In this document: positions 9,783 through 18,290 of the stretch, one piece after another
How positions within the stretch are numbered: position 1 is the first letter of the stretch
Layout of the letters: each line of letters starts with the position of its first letter
Assembly (NCBI GenBank): GCA_030583805.1
Contig: CP129476.1
Span: forward strand, 818,497-882,496
Origin: Patescibacteria group bacterium
Lineage (GTDB): Bacteria > Patescibacteriota > Patescibacteriia > SG8-24 > DYFX01
Direction: 5' to 3'
Length of the DNA: 64,000 bases
Program-made: the position numbers and the translations under genes
Notes under the pieces: model-generated
The model's database searches: none
Told to the model about the DNA's origin: nothing
Seen by the model: the letters and a program-made list of their open reading frames with translations, nothing else

Positions 9783-10214
9783 TCATTTCTTTCCCGGTGC
9801 TTTAAGTACGAGCCACAAGGCTCCCGCCACGATCATCGCGTCAGCCACGTTCACGGCTGAGAGCTGAAAAAAGATCGCGTAATCGACCGTAAATCCGTAG
9901 ACGATGCGGTCAAAGAGGTTGCTGCAAGCGCCGAGGATAAAAAAGAGATACGCCTCGGCTCGCTTGTAGTGTCTCGTCCGAAAGTCTTTGTACGCCAAAC
10001 GGACGACAAACGCCAGGATCACGAAACTGAGCAGCCACACGAACGGACCGGAGAAGGGGAGGCTGAACGCGATGCCGCTATTTCGAAACAGCTCGAATCG
10101 CAGCGCGCCAAGGGCTGTTTCCGCCTGTGCGCCCGAGAGCGCGAGCTGCTTCAAGACGCGATCCAGGGCGAATGCGCCGAGCGCGATCAGCGTCCATCGT
10201 GTCTGCAGTTTCAT
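9783..10214 (-). CDS. lspA: Lipoprotein signal peptidase II.
   Basis: Motifs FRNSGIAFSL, GACSNLFDRIVYGFTVDY and NVADAMIVAGALWLV. Start at MKLQTRW, an internal Met of the 201-aa ORF. Confidence 0.8.
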   Translation of the reverse strand: MKLQTRWTLIALGAFALDRVLKQLALSGAQAETALGALRFELFRNSGIAFSLPFSGPFVWLLSFVILAFVVRLAYKDFRTRHYKRAEAYLFFILGACSNLFDRIVYGFTVDYAIFFQLSAVNVADAMIVAGALWLVLKAPGKK

Positions 10215-10260
10215 GAAGTCCAGTATAGCAAAATCCCCCGACAGACGCCGGGGGACTCGC

Positions 10261-10626
10261 TTACTCCGTAAACAGTTTTTTGCAGTCGATGCAGGAGGTA
10301 GACGTCGGTCGCGCCATGAGACGCTTCTCGTCGATGACCTTTCCGCAGTATTTGCAAGTTCCGTAGGTTCCGTCCTGAATCCGCTCAAGCGCCTTCTTCA
10401 CGTCGCGAAGCGAGGCTTCCAGCGTGCGTTCAACGGTCAGATCCTTCGAGTACTCTGCAACTTCCGAAGCGTTCTCGTCCTCTTTGTCGCCAAGCTGCGG
10501 AAAGTCCGCATTGAAATCATCAGCGTTCTGAGGATTTCGTTGAGCGAAGCCACCCAGCTCTTCTTCGAGCTTAGCCTTTTCCTCTACCAGCTTCTCTTCA
10601 AGGGTTTTCAGGATGTTCTTGTCCAT
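10261..10626 (-). CDS. dksA: DksA/TraR-family C4 zinc-finger transcription factor.
   Basis: Coiled-coil N-terminus plus CKYCGKVIDEKRLMARPTSTSCIDC. Confidence 0.8.
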   Translation of the reverse strand: MDKNILKTLEEKLVEEKAKLEEELGGFAQRNPQNADDFNADFPQLGDKEDENASEVAEYSKDLTVERTLEASLRDVKKALERIQDGTYGTCKYCGKVIDEKRLMARPTSTSCIDCKKLFTE

Positions 10627-10718
10627 ACTTGGCTAAAAAAACGGGCTTCTGCCTTGCTAGCAGTATAGGGGATTGGTCCGGAGCTGGCAAGGGTTGAACC
10701 CTCCCTAAACAAAAGAAA

Positions 10719-10796
10719 AAGCTCGAGAGCGTGTATGCGGATTTGCCTCAGGACGCCTGTAAAGACGTGCTAGGGCAAATCCGCAATACTCTCGAG
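10719..10796. repeat. Long imperfect inverted repeat (stable hairpin) in a non-coding region.
   Basis: gctcgagagcgtgtatgcggatttgcc ... ggcaaatccgcaatactctcgagc; about 21 paired positions around a 26-nt loop. Confidence 0.5.
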
Positions 10797-11104
10797 CTTC
10801 AGAGTGCCTCGCGTTGAGCCTTCTGTTCGCCGCAGCGATCGAAGGACTAGCCAACGGTGGGCGGAAAGAACAACCTCCCCAACCTTCCAACGGTTCAAAT
10901 CCTCGGGTCAGTGCCGAAGCACGACATAATTGAGGCAGAACCAAGATGCTTTTGATTTTGGTTTTGCAAGGAGAAAAGTAAGGGAGAAGGATGCGCACCC
11001 AAGATGTTCTTCGGTAAGCGTCCTTCAAAGGGTCTTTCCGTATTCAGTTGTCAACGTTCTCTATAACCACTATACCCGAAATTAAGGCTTAGGTCAATCG
11101 GGAT

Positions 11105-11250
11105 GCTGTGGATGGAATTATCGTTAGTAATAAGGCGAAATAAGCTTATTCACTTAAGGCTAAGAGAGACTGTGTACAAAGGTGTGGATTGATTGTGGAT
11201 TGGGCTGAATAACGTTATCCACATTTCGCCTAGTAATATCCACAGACTGT
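11105..11250. promoter_or_regulatory. Cluster of five DnaA-box-like 9-mers with an adjacent AT-rich stretch: candidate oriC or DnaA-regulated region.
   Basis: tgtggatgg (11107), tgtggattg x2 (11184, 11194), TTATCCACA (perfect, 11215) and atatccaca (11236). AT-rich 11119-11168. Confidence 0.4.
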
Positions 11251-12435
11251 GAACAACCCCGTTTCAAGATTCTTTACGGTCACATTGACCTTGGTGAACG
11301 CTCCGTATGCGGCAACGGAGGTGCCAGAAAACGTCGCAAAGCCGCCAGCCCCGTCCTTATCGCAGGACGTGTTTGGTGTCAGCGCGTTCAAATTCGCAAG
11401 GAGTCCGGCCTGGATGAGCTGGACGTCATTACTGATCCAGGTTTCGCCGATATCAGCGTGAAAAACCAGGATTTTCTGGGATTTACCAGGAGTAGAAAAG
11501 CGGAAAAGCTGCCCGTAAGGGTTACGAAGAGCCTCTTTTTGAATGGATTCGGGGTCGTGGCGGAACTCAAGCATCACAGAGTCGTCGGGCAGCGTGACGT
11601 TCATGGTCTGTGGTGAGGCTTGAGCCAAAAGATCGCGAACAAACGATTCGACGTCGTTGGCAACATTCTTCTGGCCAACGGTCGGAAGGTAGTACATCAG
11701 GAAAGGAAAGAGCGTTTCGCCCGTTGAAGAAGCGCTTACGGCCAACTCGACACGCCCGGGCCATGTCCACGGGTCGGTTAAGCCTTTAAAACGCTGCATA
11801 GTCTTCTGGAGGAGCGCCGGTGACTCACCCCAAGAAACACCCGTCGGTTTTTCCAAATGCACCGCTTCCTGATCGATTGATCTGATCAGCTTCCGACCGA
11901 AAGCAAAGGGCTCAGGATTCAGCATCATGCCACGGTATCGCCGTCCGACCTCAAAACGCACCAATTTTTGCTCAAAATGAGCCGAGATCGGTTGCAAATG
12001 GCCATCCACGCGCAGTGTCCCGACGGCATCGACCTCGCGCGGTACAAGCCGCCACTTCGGCTCCTGGCTTTGCCCTCGCGCCGTGCTCAAGGCTTCAACC
12101 AAGCCCCATTGCAAGGCTCCTTCCGGGCTTCGGACGGCGAAAAGCGTGGCGGGGTTGCCTGGGACGGCTTGCGAGACGGCGGCGCGCGCATCCGCGGGAA
12201 GGGCGGCGACAAAACGCTGCCAGGCGGGGTCGTCGATAGAGGCCTGCTCGCGATTCAGAAACGAAAGCACGACTTCGGACTGCGGCGGCGCCGTCGGGCT
12301 GGTGTCGAGGACGAGGCGATGCGTGTAGAACAGCAGGCCTACAGCGAAAACAAACGCCCCTCCCAGGGGGAGGAGCGCTTGGAGTTTCGTAAGCTCGCGG
12401 AGCTTAGGCAGTTTTTGGAGCGTCGGAGCCGCCAT
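11230..12435 (-). CDS. Hypothetical membrane-anchored protein (N-terminal TM helix, 401 aa).
   Basis: ORF overlaps the pnp 3' end by 32 nt; N-terminal TM LPLGGAFVFAVGLLFY. Confidence 0.55.
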   Translation of the reverse strand: MAAPTLQKLPKLRELTKLQALLPLGGAFVFAVGLLFYTHRLVLDTSPTAPPQSEVVLSFLNREQASIDDPAWQRFVAALPADARAAVSQAVPGNPATLFAVRSPEGALQWGLVEALSTARGQSQEPKWRLVPREVDAVGTLRVDGHLQPISAHFEQKLVRFEVGRRYRGMMLNPEPFAFGRKLIRSIDQEAVHLEKPTGVSWGESPALLQKTMQRFKGLTDPWTWPGRVELAVSASSTGETLFPFLMYYLPTVGQKNVANDVESFVRDLLAQASPQTMNVTLPDDSVMLEFRHDPESIQKEALRNPYGQLFRFSTPGKSQKILVFHADIGETWISNDVQLIQAGLLANLNALTPNTSCDKDGAGGFATFSGTSVAAYGAFTKVNVTVKNLETGLFTVCGYY

Positions 12436-14575
12436 TCTGCTGAAGTTTCTCCTTAGCGCGCTTCAAGCTTAGGTTGACGCGGCCCAACTCGTCAATCTTG
12501 ATGACGACGACCGGGATGATATCGCCGACCTTCACGACGTCGGTGACTTTTTCAACGCGCTTGGAATCAAGCTCGCTGATGTGGACCATGCCCTCTTGTC
12601 CGGGAAGGACTTCGACGAACGCGCCGAAGTCGAGGATGCGCGTGACCTTGCCGGCTTCGAAGAACTCGCCGACTTTGAGTTCGCGCGTGAGATCTTCGAC
12701 CCACCTCTTCGCGGCCTGGAGCTGTTCGAGATTGACGGACGTGATCGTGACGGTGCCGTCGTTCTCGACATCCATCTGCACGCCGGTCTTCTCGATGATC
12801 GCGTTGATCGTTTTACCGCCGGGACCGATGACGTTGCGGATGAGATCGGGATTGATTTTGAGAACGACGATGCGCGGCGCGTACGGCGAGAGGTCGGGAC
12901 GCGGAGCGGCGATCGCTTGCGCCATGACGTCGAGAATCTGAAGACGCGCAGCCTTCGCTTTCGTCAGCGTCTCTTCGACGATCTGCCAAGTGAGGCCTTT
13001 CGTCTTGGTGTCCATCTGGATCGACGTGATGCCGTCGCGCGTGCCGCCGATCTTGAAGTCCATGCCGCCCATGCCGTCTTCCAAGTCTTGGAGGTCGGTG
13101 ATGATCTTGTAGCGGTTCACGTCGTTCGGATCGGTGGCGATGCCCATGGCGATGCCTGCGACCGGTTTCTTGATCGGCACGCCGGCGTCCATGAGCGCGA
13201 GCGTCGAACCGCAGATCGATCCCTGCGAAGAGGAACCGTTCGAGCCGAGCGTTTCGGACACGACGCGGATCGTGTACGGGAAGTCTTCCTTGGAAGGAAG
13301 CACCGGCACGAGCGCGCGCTCGGCGAGGCCTCCGTGCCCGATTTCACGGCGTCCGCCGCCGCCGAAGCGGCCCGTTTCGCCGACCGAATACGGAGGGAAG
13401 TTGTAGTGGTGGAAGTAGCGGCGCTTCTCGGAGAATTCCATGCTGTCGACCAGCTGGACGTCCGACGGCGCGCCGAGCGTCACGGTCGAGAGAATCTGCG
13501 TTTCACCCCGGGAAAACAGGCCCGAACCGTGGACGCGCGGAAGCAGCGCGACCTCGGCGGAGAGCTCGCGGATCTCGTCGAGCGCGCGGCCGTCGCAGCG
13601 CTTGCCCTCGTCCAAGATGATCTGCGAGACGACTTCTTCGACCCACTTCTGCATGGCGTCGAGCGCCCACTTGCGCTTGTCCTTGCCGACCTGTTCGGCC
13701 TTCAAGTATTCGTCGAGCGTGTGCGCGAGCGCGACCTTGGCGTCGCGGCGCTCGCCCTTCGTCGCTTTCGGCGTGGCAAAAAGATATTCGCGGATCTTGG
13801 GGAAGATGAACTCGCGCGACTTGGCGATCAGCGCTTCCTTTTCTTTCGCGGTTTCTTCGTCGAGGCCGATCAGCTCGTTGACCGAACGCTTCGGCTTGCC
13901 GATTTCGGCGACGATTTTTTCGATGAAGGCCTGGACTTCGGAAAGATGCTTCGCGCCGAAACGCATGCCGGCCATCACGTCTTCTTCTTTTGCTTCGTTG
14001 CTTTCCGCTTCCACCATGGTGGTGTGCGTCGGCGTGCCGACGATGACGACGTCGATGTCGCTCTTCTCGCGCGCTTCGTACGACGGGTTGATCACCCACT
14101 CGCTGCCGACGCGGCCGACGCGGATGCCGCCGACCGGACCGTCCCACGGAATGTCGGACATACCGAGCGCGATCGAAGCGCCGACCATGGCCGGGATGTC
14201 GTAATCGTTTTCCTTATCGAAAGCCAGGGTCGTAAAGACGACTTGGATTTCGTTGCGGATCTTCTGGTTGAAGAGCGGGCGGATCGAGCGGTCGATCATG
14301 CGGCCGACGACGACGGCGTCATCCGTCGGTCGTCCCTCGCGCTTCAGGAAGCGCGAAGACTTGATCTTGCCGGCGGCATAGAGGCGCTCTTCGCACTCCA
14401 CGGAGAGCGGAAGGAAGTCGATGCCGTCGCGAGAGCCCGAGCTCATCGTGGCGGTGACGAGCACCATCGTGTCGCCGTAGCGCACGACGCAGGAACCGTT
14501 GGCCTGCTTGGCGAGTTTGCCAATCTCAACAGAGAGCGTTTTGCCGCCCCACTCAAGCGAATACTGCTTGGTCAT
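12404..14575 (-). CDS. pnp: Polyribonucleotide nucleotidyltransferase (PNPase).
   Basis: Two RNase PH domains, KH and S1; start at MTKQYSLEWGG. Confidence 0.95.
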   Translation of the reverse strand: MTKQYSLEWGGKTLSVEIGKLAKQANGSCVVRYGDTMVLVTATMSSGSRDGIDFLPLSVECEERLYAAGKIKSSRFLKREGRPTDDAVVVGRMIDRSIRPLFNQKIRNEIQVVFTTLAFDKENDYDIPAMVGASIALGMSDIPWDGPVGGIRVGRVGSEWVINPSYEAREKSDIDVVIVGTPTHTTMVEAESNEAKEEDVMAGMRFGAKHLSEVQAFIEKIVAEIGKPKRSVNELIGLDEETAKEKEALIAKSREFIFPKIREYLFATPKATKGERRDAKVALAHTLDEYLKAEQVGKDKRKWALDAMQKWVEEVVSQIILDEGKRCDGRALDEIRELSAEVALLPRVHGSGLFSRGETQILSTVTLGAPSDVQLVDSMEFSEKRRYFHHYNFPPYSVGETGRFGGGGRREIGHGGLAERALVPVLPSKEDFPYTIRVVSETLGSNGSSSQGSICGSTLALMDAGVPIKKPVAGIAMGIATDPNDVNRYKIITDLQDLEDGMGGMDFKIGGTRDGITSIQMDTKTKGLTWQIVEETLTKAKAARLQILDVMAQAIAAPRPDLSPYAPRIVVLKINPDLIRNVIGPGGKTINAIIEKTGVQMDVENDGTVTITSVNLEQLQAAKRWVEDLTRELKVGEFFEAGKVTRILDFGAFVEVLPGQEGMVHISELDSKRVEKVTDVVKVGDIIPVVVIKIDELGRVNLSLKRAKEKLQQNGGSDAPKTA

Positions 14576-14759
14576 AGATATCGTCCAACCCGCCACGAGG
14601 CCAGTACTCAGTCCTGCGTCGCCGATCGGGTCGGTGAAGCGGGACTGCGAACTGTCTCCTCGGGCGTTTGGAACATGCTAATTGTTAGTCCACCCAGACG
14701 GGAGGAGGCAGGCGTCCGAAGGTCGGGCGGCTGCCTCCCCGCATCTGCGGGGAAACGGG

Positions 14760-15368
14760 CTATTCCTCCTCGTCGCTCAGCATTTTGCTGATATTGGGAT
14801 CGACGTCGTCGGCTGTCGGAGCGTTTTTTTGGCTGCGCGTGCCGGTTGCGCGGCCGGTATGGCGGGTCGGGATCAGATAGCGGCCCTGGTCGCGGGAAAG
14901 ATCGATGAAATCATCGGCAACCTCGACCAGTTTGGAGGAAGATGTCTCGCGGAACGCCATGACCTCGGTTTGAACGCCCATGTTTTGAAGGTATTCGACG
15001 AGCGGGATGAAGTCGCCGTCGCCCGAGACAAGGACGACCACGTCGAGTTTGGGGGAGAGGCGGATGGCGTCGACCACCATGCCGACGTCCCAATCCGCTT
15101 TTTTGGCGCCGCCCAGGAACACCTGGACCTCGCGCTCCTTGGTTTCAATGCCGAGCTTGGTGAGAGCGTCGAAGAACGATTGTTCCTCGGGCACGCCGGC
15201 GCGGACGACGTAGGCGATCGCGCGGACGAGGGCGCGGTCGGCGACCGCGGTTTCTACGATATTTCCGAAGTTTACGCGGCAATTGTAGAGGTTCTTCGCC
15301 GAGTAATACATGTTCTGCACGTCGATAAAGACCCCGACACGCTGGCTCCGTTGCTTAATAACGGCCAT
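14760..15368 (-). CDS. NYN/LabA-like domain protein (predicted RNase).
   Basis: VGVFIDVQNMYYSAKN ... LVSGDGDFIPLV ... an acidic C-terminal tail. Confidence 0.75.
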   Translation of the reverse strand: MAVIKQRSQRVGVFIDVQNMYYSAKNLYNCRVNFGNIVETAVADRALVRAIAYVVRAGVPEEQSFFDALTKLGIETKEREVQVFLGGAKKADWDVGMVVDAIRLSPKLDVVVLVSGDGDFIPLVEYLQNMGVQTEVMAFRETSSSKLVEVADDFIDLSRDQGRYLIPTRHTGRATGTRSQKNAPTADDVDPNISKMLSDEEE

Positions 15369-15444
15369 AAAAATAAAGATGCGTATAAAAACCGGAAGCG
15401 CGCCGCATGGAACCCGAAGGCTCTAAACGCGACGCGCTTATCAT

Positions 15445-15705
15445 TTACACTTTGAGTTTCTCGGTCAGCTTCGCGTACTCCTTCGGCATTTCGCGCTGGA
15501 GATAGCGGAGCAACTTGCGGCGCTCGTTGACCTTGCGCAGCAGACCGCGGCGGGACGAGAAGTCCTTCTTGTGCATTTTCAGGTGGTCCGTGAGGTCTTT
15601 GATCTCAGCCGTGAGGATGGCGATCTGGACCTGGGCGGAACCGGTGTCCTGGTCGTGCGTCTTGTACTTCTCGATGATTTTTTCTTTTGCCTTCTTGTCG
15701 AGCAT
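15445..15705 (-). CDS. rpsO: 30S ribosomal protein S15.
   Basis: 86 aa, HKKDFSSRRGLLRKVNERRKLLRYL. Forms the classic rpsO-pnp arrangement. Confidence 0.95.
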   Translation of the reverse strand: MLDKKAKEKIIEKYKTHDQDTGSAQVQIAILTAEIKDLTDHLKMHKKDFSSRRGLLRKVNERRKLLRYLQREMPKEYAKLTEKLKV

Positions 15706-15883
15706 ACATCGTATATAAGCCGGTGCGCCGAGTAGAGGCCCGCTCGAGGGCCGAAACCGAGCTGCGCGGCAGGAGTTAAGTACGCGGGAACACTAACAAA
15801 ATGGAGCAAAGGCGTCAAGTATCACGCGATTTAGCAGCTCCGCTACATTAACATGTAGCTTAAGACTAATTTGACAATTATGT

Positions 15884-15912
15884 GGATAATTCTTGACAAA
15901 ATCTTATGTTTT
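15884..15912 (+). promoter_or_regulatory. Near-consensus sigma70 promoter on the plus strand.
   Basis: TTGACA, a 17-nt spacer and TATCAT; a second TTGACA lies 13 nt upstream. Confidence 0.45.
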
Positions 15913-15920
15913 TGGTATCA

Positions 15921-15990
15921 TTTACACATGGGCATTGCCCAGGGGCTCGCGTAGCGAGCCGGCAGGGCTCGGGGAAACCCGAGTCTTTTG
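15921..15990 (+). ncRNA. Candidate ~65-nt terminated small transcript (two hairpins plus a T-run), convergent on the DUF3800 3' end.
   Basis: ggctcgcgtagcgagcc hairpin, then ctcggggaaacccgag followed by tctttt. Confidence 0.25.
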
Positions 15991-15995
15991 CTATC

Positions 15996-16805
15996 TCAGC
16001 AGTCTTGGCCAAAACAACTGTACTTAATTCCGTGTGTCGGAAGCTTCTCCGCGGGGAGCACTGCATCGATGACTTTTTTGGCGTCAAACAAAGATAGCCA
16101 TGGGCGGTAGCCCGGTTCGTACCCGTGCTTCGCCATAGGATACAGAAAAAGGTCGGCGATCTGGATACCGATGTTTCGCTTCTTTTTTCCTCTTGGGTCA
16201 CCGAGAAGTATTTTCTTAAAATCTGCAGCCGTTAGCGCGCCATATGCAGCAGAATTCGATGGGTTAAAAGGCATTCCGACAGCCTTTAAATCCTTGGAAT
16301 ATTGGATGATCGCCGCGTCTTCGCGCTTTCCACACATTTCGAATCGGATAGCCAGCGTTCCATTGATAGACGAAACATGCTTTACCACTCGCTCAACCAA
16401 AATAGAGAAAGCGGTTTTGCACATCCACCAACGCTTTTCTCCATACAAAGGCTCATATCGAGTATTGTACCCAGGCCGGTGTACAACAGCCGCGAAACCG
16501 AGCGCAGGAAGAGTCTGTATAAAAGTGTTTAGTTCTTTAAGGAATTTGTCAGCGAGAGCATCGTCTTGAAGCCAGGCAAAATCATTGCGTTTACCACGAA
16601 TATCACTGGAGTGAAGAGGGTAATCAATGTTCCATTTTGTACAGAAGCCAAAAAAAGCTTCATGGACTGATGCGATATCGGCTTCGGCAATTAGGACACC
16701 ACCTAATGCAAAATGGTCCATTCCATCAGTTCTCGCCAAAGCAGGCCGTCGATCAGGAAAGCGACTGCCCGAGTCATCGATATACAGCAAGTGCGTAGCA
16801 CCCAT
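15996..16805 (-). CDS. DUF3800-family protein (predicted RNase H-like fold). Low-GC gene, probably acquired.
   Basis: N-terminal LLYIDDSGS motif. About 48% GC against about 63% in the flanks. Confidence 0.65.
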   Translation of the reverse strand: MGATHLLYIDDSGSRFPDRRPALARTDGMDHFALGGVLIAEADIASVHEAFFGFCTKWNIDYPLHSSDIRGKRNDFAWLQDDALADKFLKELNTFIQTLPALGFAAVVHRPGYNTRYEPLYGEKRWWMCKTAFSILVERVVKHVSSINGTLAIRFEMCGKREDAAIIQYSKDLKAVGMPFNPSNSAAYGALTAADFKKILLGDPRGKKKRNIGIQIADLFLYPMAKHGYEPGYRPWLSLFDAKKVIDAVLPAEKLPTHGIKYSCFGQDC

Positions 16806-16878
16806 ATTGCAGGCACCTTAGCTAATATAGAAAATCGTCACAAGTCTCGGTATTTTTCCTCTTACATAAAAAGAAGCC

Positions 16879-17454
16879 CTAGGCGGGCTTCGGAAAAAAG
16901 TGGCGGTCGTGCACGAGACCGGCGCGGCGCTCCCAGAAGGCGCGGCCTGGAATGTATTCGCGTCGTCGCGGCTCGTAGGTCTTGTGCTCGCGCCAGCTCT
17001 TGATGAGATCGACGGTCATCTCTCCCATGGCGGTGCCTTTCGGAGAAGTTGCGGCGATGACACTGGCTTCATGCGGCTCCTTCCAAGCGCGCACGCGTTC
17101 GACGAGCGAGCCGGAACGACAGGTATCGTTCAGGACTAATGTCGGACCTCGGCGCTCTTTAAGGATGCGCTCAAGTCCGTCATAGCCCAGCGTATGCCAG
17201 ACTTTCTTGTTCACCTTGCCGTAGTACCAGCCGTCGTCCCAGCCATGGCCGATATACGCGAGCAAGAACGGCTGACGTTCGGCGCGCGTGGCGTGGATCG
17301 CGATGACCGACCGGAGGTCGTCCGCATCGCGATGGGCGGCGAGGATGCCGACGACGTATCGAATGCGGCACACGCGTTTCAGAAAATCGATCAATGACCG
17401 ACCAGGAGCACTGAAGCAACTGTGATGGCCCATGATGACCATGGCACTTTTCAT
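16879..17454 (-). CDS. Minimal caspase/metacaspase-like (clan CD, C14-like) peptidase domain protein.
   Basis: His-Gly motif LLAYIGHGW and Cys motif LVLNDTCRSGS (compare metacaspase YSGHG / DSCHSG); 191 aa. Confidence 0.5.
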   Translation of the reverse strand: MKSAMVIMGHHSCFSAPGRSLIDFLKRVCRIRYVVGILAAHRDADDLRSVIAIHATRAERQPFLLAYIGHGWDDGWYYGKVNKKVWHTLGYDGLERILKERRGPTLVLNDTCRSGSLVERVRAWKEPHEASVIAATSPKGTAMGEMTVDLIKSWREHKTYEPRRREYIPGRAFWERRAGLVHDRHFFPKPA

Positions 17455-17515
17455 GCGTCCTCCTTTGCAAGGACACGTGACGTATATGAAAAAACCGCCC
17501 TTGTGTCAAGGACGG

Positions 17516-18214
17516 TCAGACGGGATCTCGCTTCTTCAGGAAGTTCGGGCCGTGGCCGAGCGTGCTGATCGGCACGTTCTGCGCGCAGAGCGGGCAATCG
17601 ACTCGTGTCCAGGCGGCAAGCTCTTCGTCGTGCAACGAGACGATGGGAACAAGCTTGTGTCGCGCGTTCGGTTGCATGAGTGCCGTGATCGAACCGCGAT
17701 TCCAGATCGCCCCGATCGCGACAACCTCTCCTCCAGCAGCGGTGATGAGCTGCATCAAGCGCGTCGACGTCGACGCGCGGTTCACGATGTCCTCGGCGAC
17801 AACGACGGTGCGGCCGCGCACGGCCAACTCGAAACCGCGATGCAGATACAGCTGCGACGGATCCTCCCCGCGATGGGGGTCGCCGTCTTCGGCGTAGATC
17901 GAGATGACGGGGCGCTCCGGTTTCCAAAGGTGGTTGGCCACCAGATGCGACATCTTGATGCCGCTCATGGCTGCTCCAACCACGGCTTCGATCGGGCGGC
18001 CGCTGAGGGCTTCCTCGAGCTTGATCGCGATCGATTCGCCGAAGTGTTCGGCGCGCCTCGGATCGGAAAGAACGATGTCTTTGTTGAGATACGTATCGCC
18101 GTGCTTGCCGCTCGCGTAGACGAAGTGTCCGTCGCGCACGATGCATCCGGCGTTCTCGAACGCGGTGCGAACATCCTCACTGCTCATCGGTCTGCGCATC
18201 GGGCGCTCCTTCAA
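17516..18214 (-). CDS. Type I phosphoribosyltransferase (orotate-PRTase-like).
   Basis: PRPP-binding motif VVVAEDIVNRASTSTRL and an OPRT-like hood FVYASGKHGDTYLNKD. Confidence 0.7.
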   Translation of the reverse strand: MKERPMRRPMSSEDVRTAFENAGCIVRDGHFVYASGKHGDTYLNKDIVLSDPRRAEHFGESIAIKLEEALSGRPIEAVVGAAMSGIKMSHLVANHLWKPERPVISIYAEDGDPHRGEDPSQLYLHRGFELAVRGRTVVVAEDIVNRASTSTRLMQLITAAGGEVVAIGAIWNRGSITALMQPNARHKLVPIVSLHDEELAAWTRVDCPLCAQNVPISTLGHGPNFLKKRDPV

Positions 18215-18290
18215 GGTTCTGGTTTCGGACAGCCGCCATGGTACTCGAAAAGGGGTTTCTTCGGTAGGGTGCGCGATAAAAGAAAAAGTC

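Noticed and set aside
10880-10910. tRNA-like T-loop GGTTCAAATCC, suggesting tmRNA or tRNA.
   Set aside because: No complementary acceptor or T stem and no tag-peptide reading frame nearby. I also looked for RNase P, SRP and tmRNA consensus motifs in 10640-11230 and 49386-49750 and did not find them.
10705-11028. 107-aa minus-strand ORF in the 590-bp gap.
   Set aside because: Overlaps the large hairpin and the AT-rich region. Cys/Arg/Pro-rich with no RBS; considered spurious.
12581-14791. 736-aa plus-strand ORF.
   Set aside because: Antisense to pnp. Arg/Asp-rich low-complexity translation, a high-GC artefact.
15996-18214. Retron (RT plus msr/msd) associated with the PRTase/DUF3800 genes.
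   Set aside because: No reverse transcriptase ORF and no a1/a2 inverted repeats characteristic of a retron ncRNA within 5 kb. Only the accessory-like genes are present.
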